Positions 62,397 through 64,000 of a stretch of DNA of 64,000 nt are shown piece by piece. Numbering within the stretch: position 1 is the stretch's first letter; each line of letters starts with the position of its first letter. The stretch comes from a virus. The position numbers and the translations under genes are program-made. The notes under the pieces are model-generated. The model saw nothing but the letters and a program-made list of their open reading frames with translations, was not told the origin of the DNA and searched no databases. Where the stretch lies: IMG/VR virus record IMGVR_UViG_3300045988_035499. One strand, 5' to 3'.

Positions 62397-63137
62397 ATGA
62401 TTGTATTACCAAAAGAAAAAATTAAAGCTAAAGTAGAAAACCCTAGATTTCTAATAATCTTTGGAAAACCTAAAGCTGGTAAAACTACTTTAGCATCTAA
62501 ATTAGATAATAATCTTATTGTCGATTTAGAAGGAGGTTCTGAATTCCTTGAGGCATTAGCAGTACAAGCTAGATCTGTAAAAGATTTAGGTGAAATTGCA
62601 AATGCTATTAGAACAGAAATTAAAGAAACGGGTAAGAAACCGTATAAATATATTACTCTTGATAATGCTTCAAGACTTGAAGAGATATGTCTAAGCTATG
62701 CGGTTCAGCTGTATAAAGCTACTCCTATGGGTAAGACGTATAATGGAACAGATGTTAGGACATTGCCTAATGGTTCTGGTTATATGTATTTACAGCAAGC
62801 TGTGAGAAAAGTAATAGACATGTTTAGAGACTTATGTGATAACTTTATTCTTATTGGTCATCTTAAAGATAAGATGATTAACAAAGATGGAGAAGAAATG
62901 TCAGAGATGTCTCTTGATTTAGTAGGTAAGCTTGCTAATATTATATGTGGAGAATCAGATGCCGTAGGCTATGTATATAGAAAGAAGAATGAGACTAGAA
63001 TCTCATTTGAAGGTGGAGATAATTCAGTAAGAGAAGCAAGAGCACCACACTTAAGAGGACAGAATATAGTATTAGCAGAGAGTGATGATAATAATAACAT
63101 TATTACTCATTGGGATAGAATATATTTACCTGAATAA
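62397..63137 (+). CDS. Sak4-like / phage nucleotide-binding RecA-family ATPase
   Basis: Walker A FGKPKAGKTTLA, Walker B YITLDNASRLE. Typical length and position in phage recombination modules. Confidence 0.6.
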   Translation: MIVLPKEKIKAKVENPRFLIIFGKPKAGKTTLASKLDNNLIVDLEGGSEFLEALAVQARSVKDLGEIANAIRTEIKETGKKPYKYITLDNASRLEEICLSYAVQLYKATPMGKTYNGTDVRTLPNGSGYMYLQQAVRKVIDMFRDLCDNFILIGHLKDKMINKDGEEMSEMSLDLVGKLANIICGESDAVGYVYRKKNETRISFEGGDNSVREARAPHLRGQNIVLAESDDNNNIITHWDRIYLPE

Positions 63138-63210
63138 TTAACCTATAAAGTAAGCATAGCTTCTTTTAGGTTAGAATCTGTGCTTACTTCCTTAACAAAA
63201 GAAATAAGTC

Positions 63211-63792
63211 ATGATTTATAGTACAGAATTAGCAAACCAGATTGAAATTACAGATAGCAAGAGTAAGTATTTAGAAGCAGGTATTCACGATGACGTGAAA
63301 CTTGTATCTGCTAGAGTAGATAAATCTATTAATGGAAATACTTTTCTTGAAATAAAGTTTGAAAAAGATGGACAGGAGCTCGTTCATACAGAATGGGAAT
63401 CTGGTAAAATGCCAGGTATGTCTGAAGAAGAATATCAAGCTAGAGGAAGTAGACAAGTAAGGCGTATACTTCAGATATTAGGGTGTTTTTATCCTAAAGA
63501 AGCTCTAGTATTTACTGGTACATCTTACAAAGAATTTGCAGACTGGGTAGTTAATTTGCTGAATGCAGCAAACAAAAATATATTACTTAAAGTAAAGATA
63601 GTATATAATAAAAAAGGCTATACTACATTGCCTAGCTATTGTAAATTCAAATTCATCGAACCAATGGTATTACCTGAAGGAGAGAAGAGTATGATTACAA
63701 AGCTTAACATAGACCAGTTTACTCGTCCTGTGTTAGCAGACAATGAGAAGAAGGAAGATAATCCGTTAGAAAATAGCGATCTTCCTTTCTAA
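63211..63792 (+). CDS. hypothetical protein (possible ssDNA-binding partner, by position only)
   Basis: Intact 193-aa ORF downstream of the Sak4-like ATPase. Confidence 0.45.
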   Translation: MIYSTELANQIEITDSKSKYLEAGIHDDVKLVSARVDKSINGNTFLEIKFEKDGQELVHTEWESGKMPGMSEEEYQARGSRQVRRILQILGCFYPKEALVFTGTSYKEFADWVVNLLNAANKNILLKVKIVYNKKGYTTLPSYCKFKFIEPMVLPEGEKSMITKLNIDQFTRPVLADNEKKEDNPLENSDLPF

Positions 63793-63838
63793 TAGTCTTT
63801 AAAAAATAGCAGCCTACGCTAGGCATTATATAGCGATA

Positions 63839-63982
63839 CGTGAGTAGCATACCACTGTATGATATAGAGACTTAGGTTTAAGTCCTAATTGGTCTTACAG
63901 GTAATGCTGAGGTCGATAGTAGAAGACGAAAATCTACACTATAGAAATTTACAGAATTTGAATAGTATGCACTCACGTTTTA
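63839..63982 (+). ncRNA. about 140-nt stem-closed structured RNA candidate
   Basis: CGTGAGTAGCATAC (63839-63852) pairs with GTATGCACTCACG (63965-63977), followed by TTTTAT. Internal hairpins GACTTA/TAAGTC and GTAGA/TCTAC. Confidence 0.4.
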
Positions 63983-64000
63983 TATGGCGCCGTTCTGCTA

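Noticed and set aside
1-64000. Lysogeny or mobile-element genes other than the HNH element (integrase, transposase, excisionase).
   Set aside because: No ORF shows tyrosine- or serine-recombinase or DDE motifs. The tmRNA-like 3' fragment alone is not evidence for an attP site, because the 5' strand is also present.

Overview
Visibly AT-rich dsDNA phage segment with the gene content and layout of a crAss-like (Crassvirales) Bacteroidota phage. Two divergent modules meet at about 39.9-40.3 kb.

Minus strand, 1-39924: late, virion and lysis module. It holds TerL, portal, a scaffold-like gene, an HK97-type major capsid protein, connector candidates, at least five tail-fibre/receptor-binding genes, an M15 endolysin, holin-like and spanin-like genes, and small accessory genes. 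The apparent ORF fragmentation on this strand disappears when TAG is read as sense. By hand I traced about 107 in-frame TAGs in 23 genes with no interrupting TAA or TGA. Plus-strand genes use TAG as a terminator.

The matching amber-suppressor tRNA (anticodon CUA) is in the window. It is split in its anticodon loop by a 998-nt intervening sequence carrying an HNH endonuclease ORF. A group-I-intron-like RNA and a non-canonical tRNA-like element flank it.

Plus strand, 40323-63792: early/replication module. It holds a family B DNA polymerase, a DnaB-like helicase, a Sak4-like ATPase, a sigma-70/ECF-like factor and many small ORFans. These are interleaved with roughly 5-6 kb of ORF-free, hairpin-dense islands that share exact sequence motifs. 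The islands contain what looks like a circularly permuted tmRNA-like gene, a canonical tRNA-Arg(UCU) and two tRNA-like elements with defective anticodon loops.

No rRNA, CRISPR array, integrase or transposase was seen. All coordinates not taken from the ORF track were derived by hand and may be off by a few nt.
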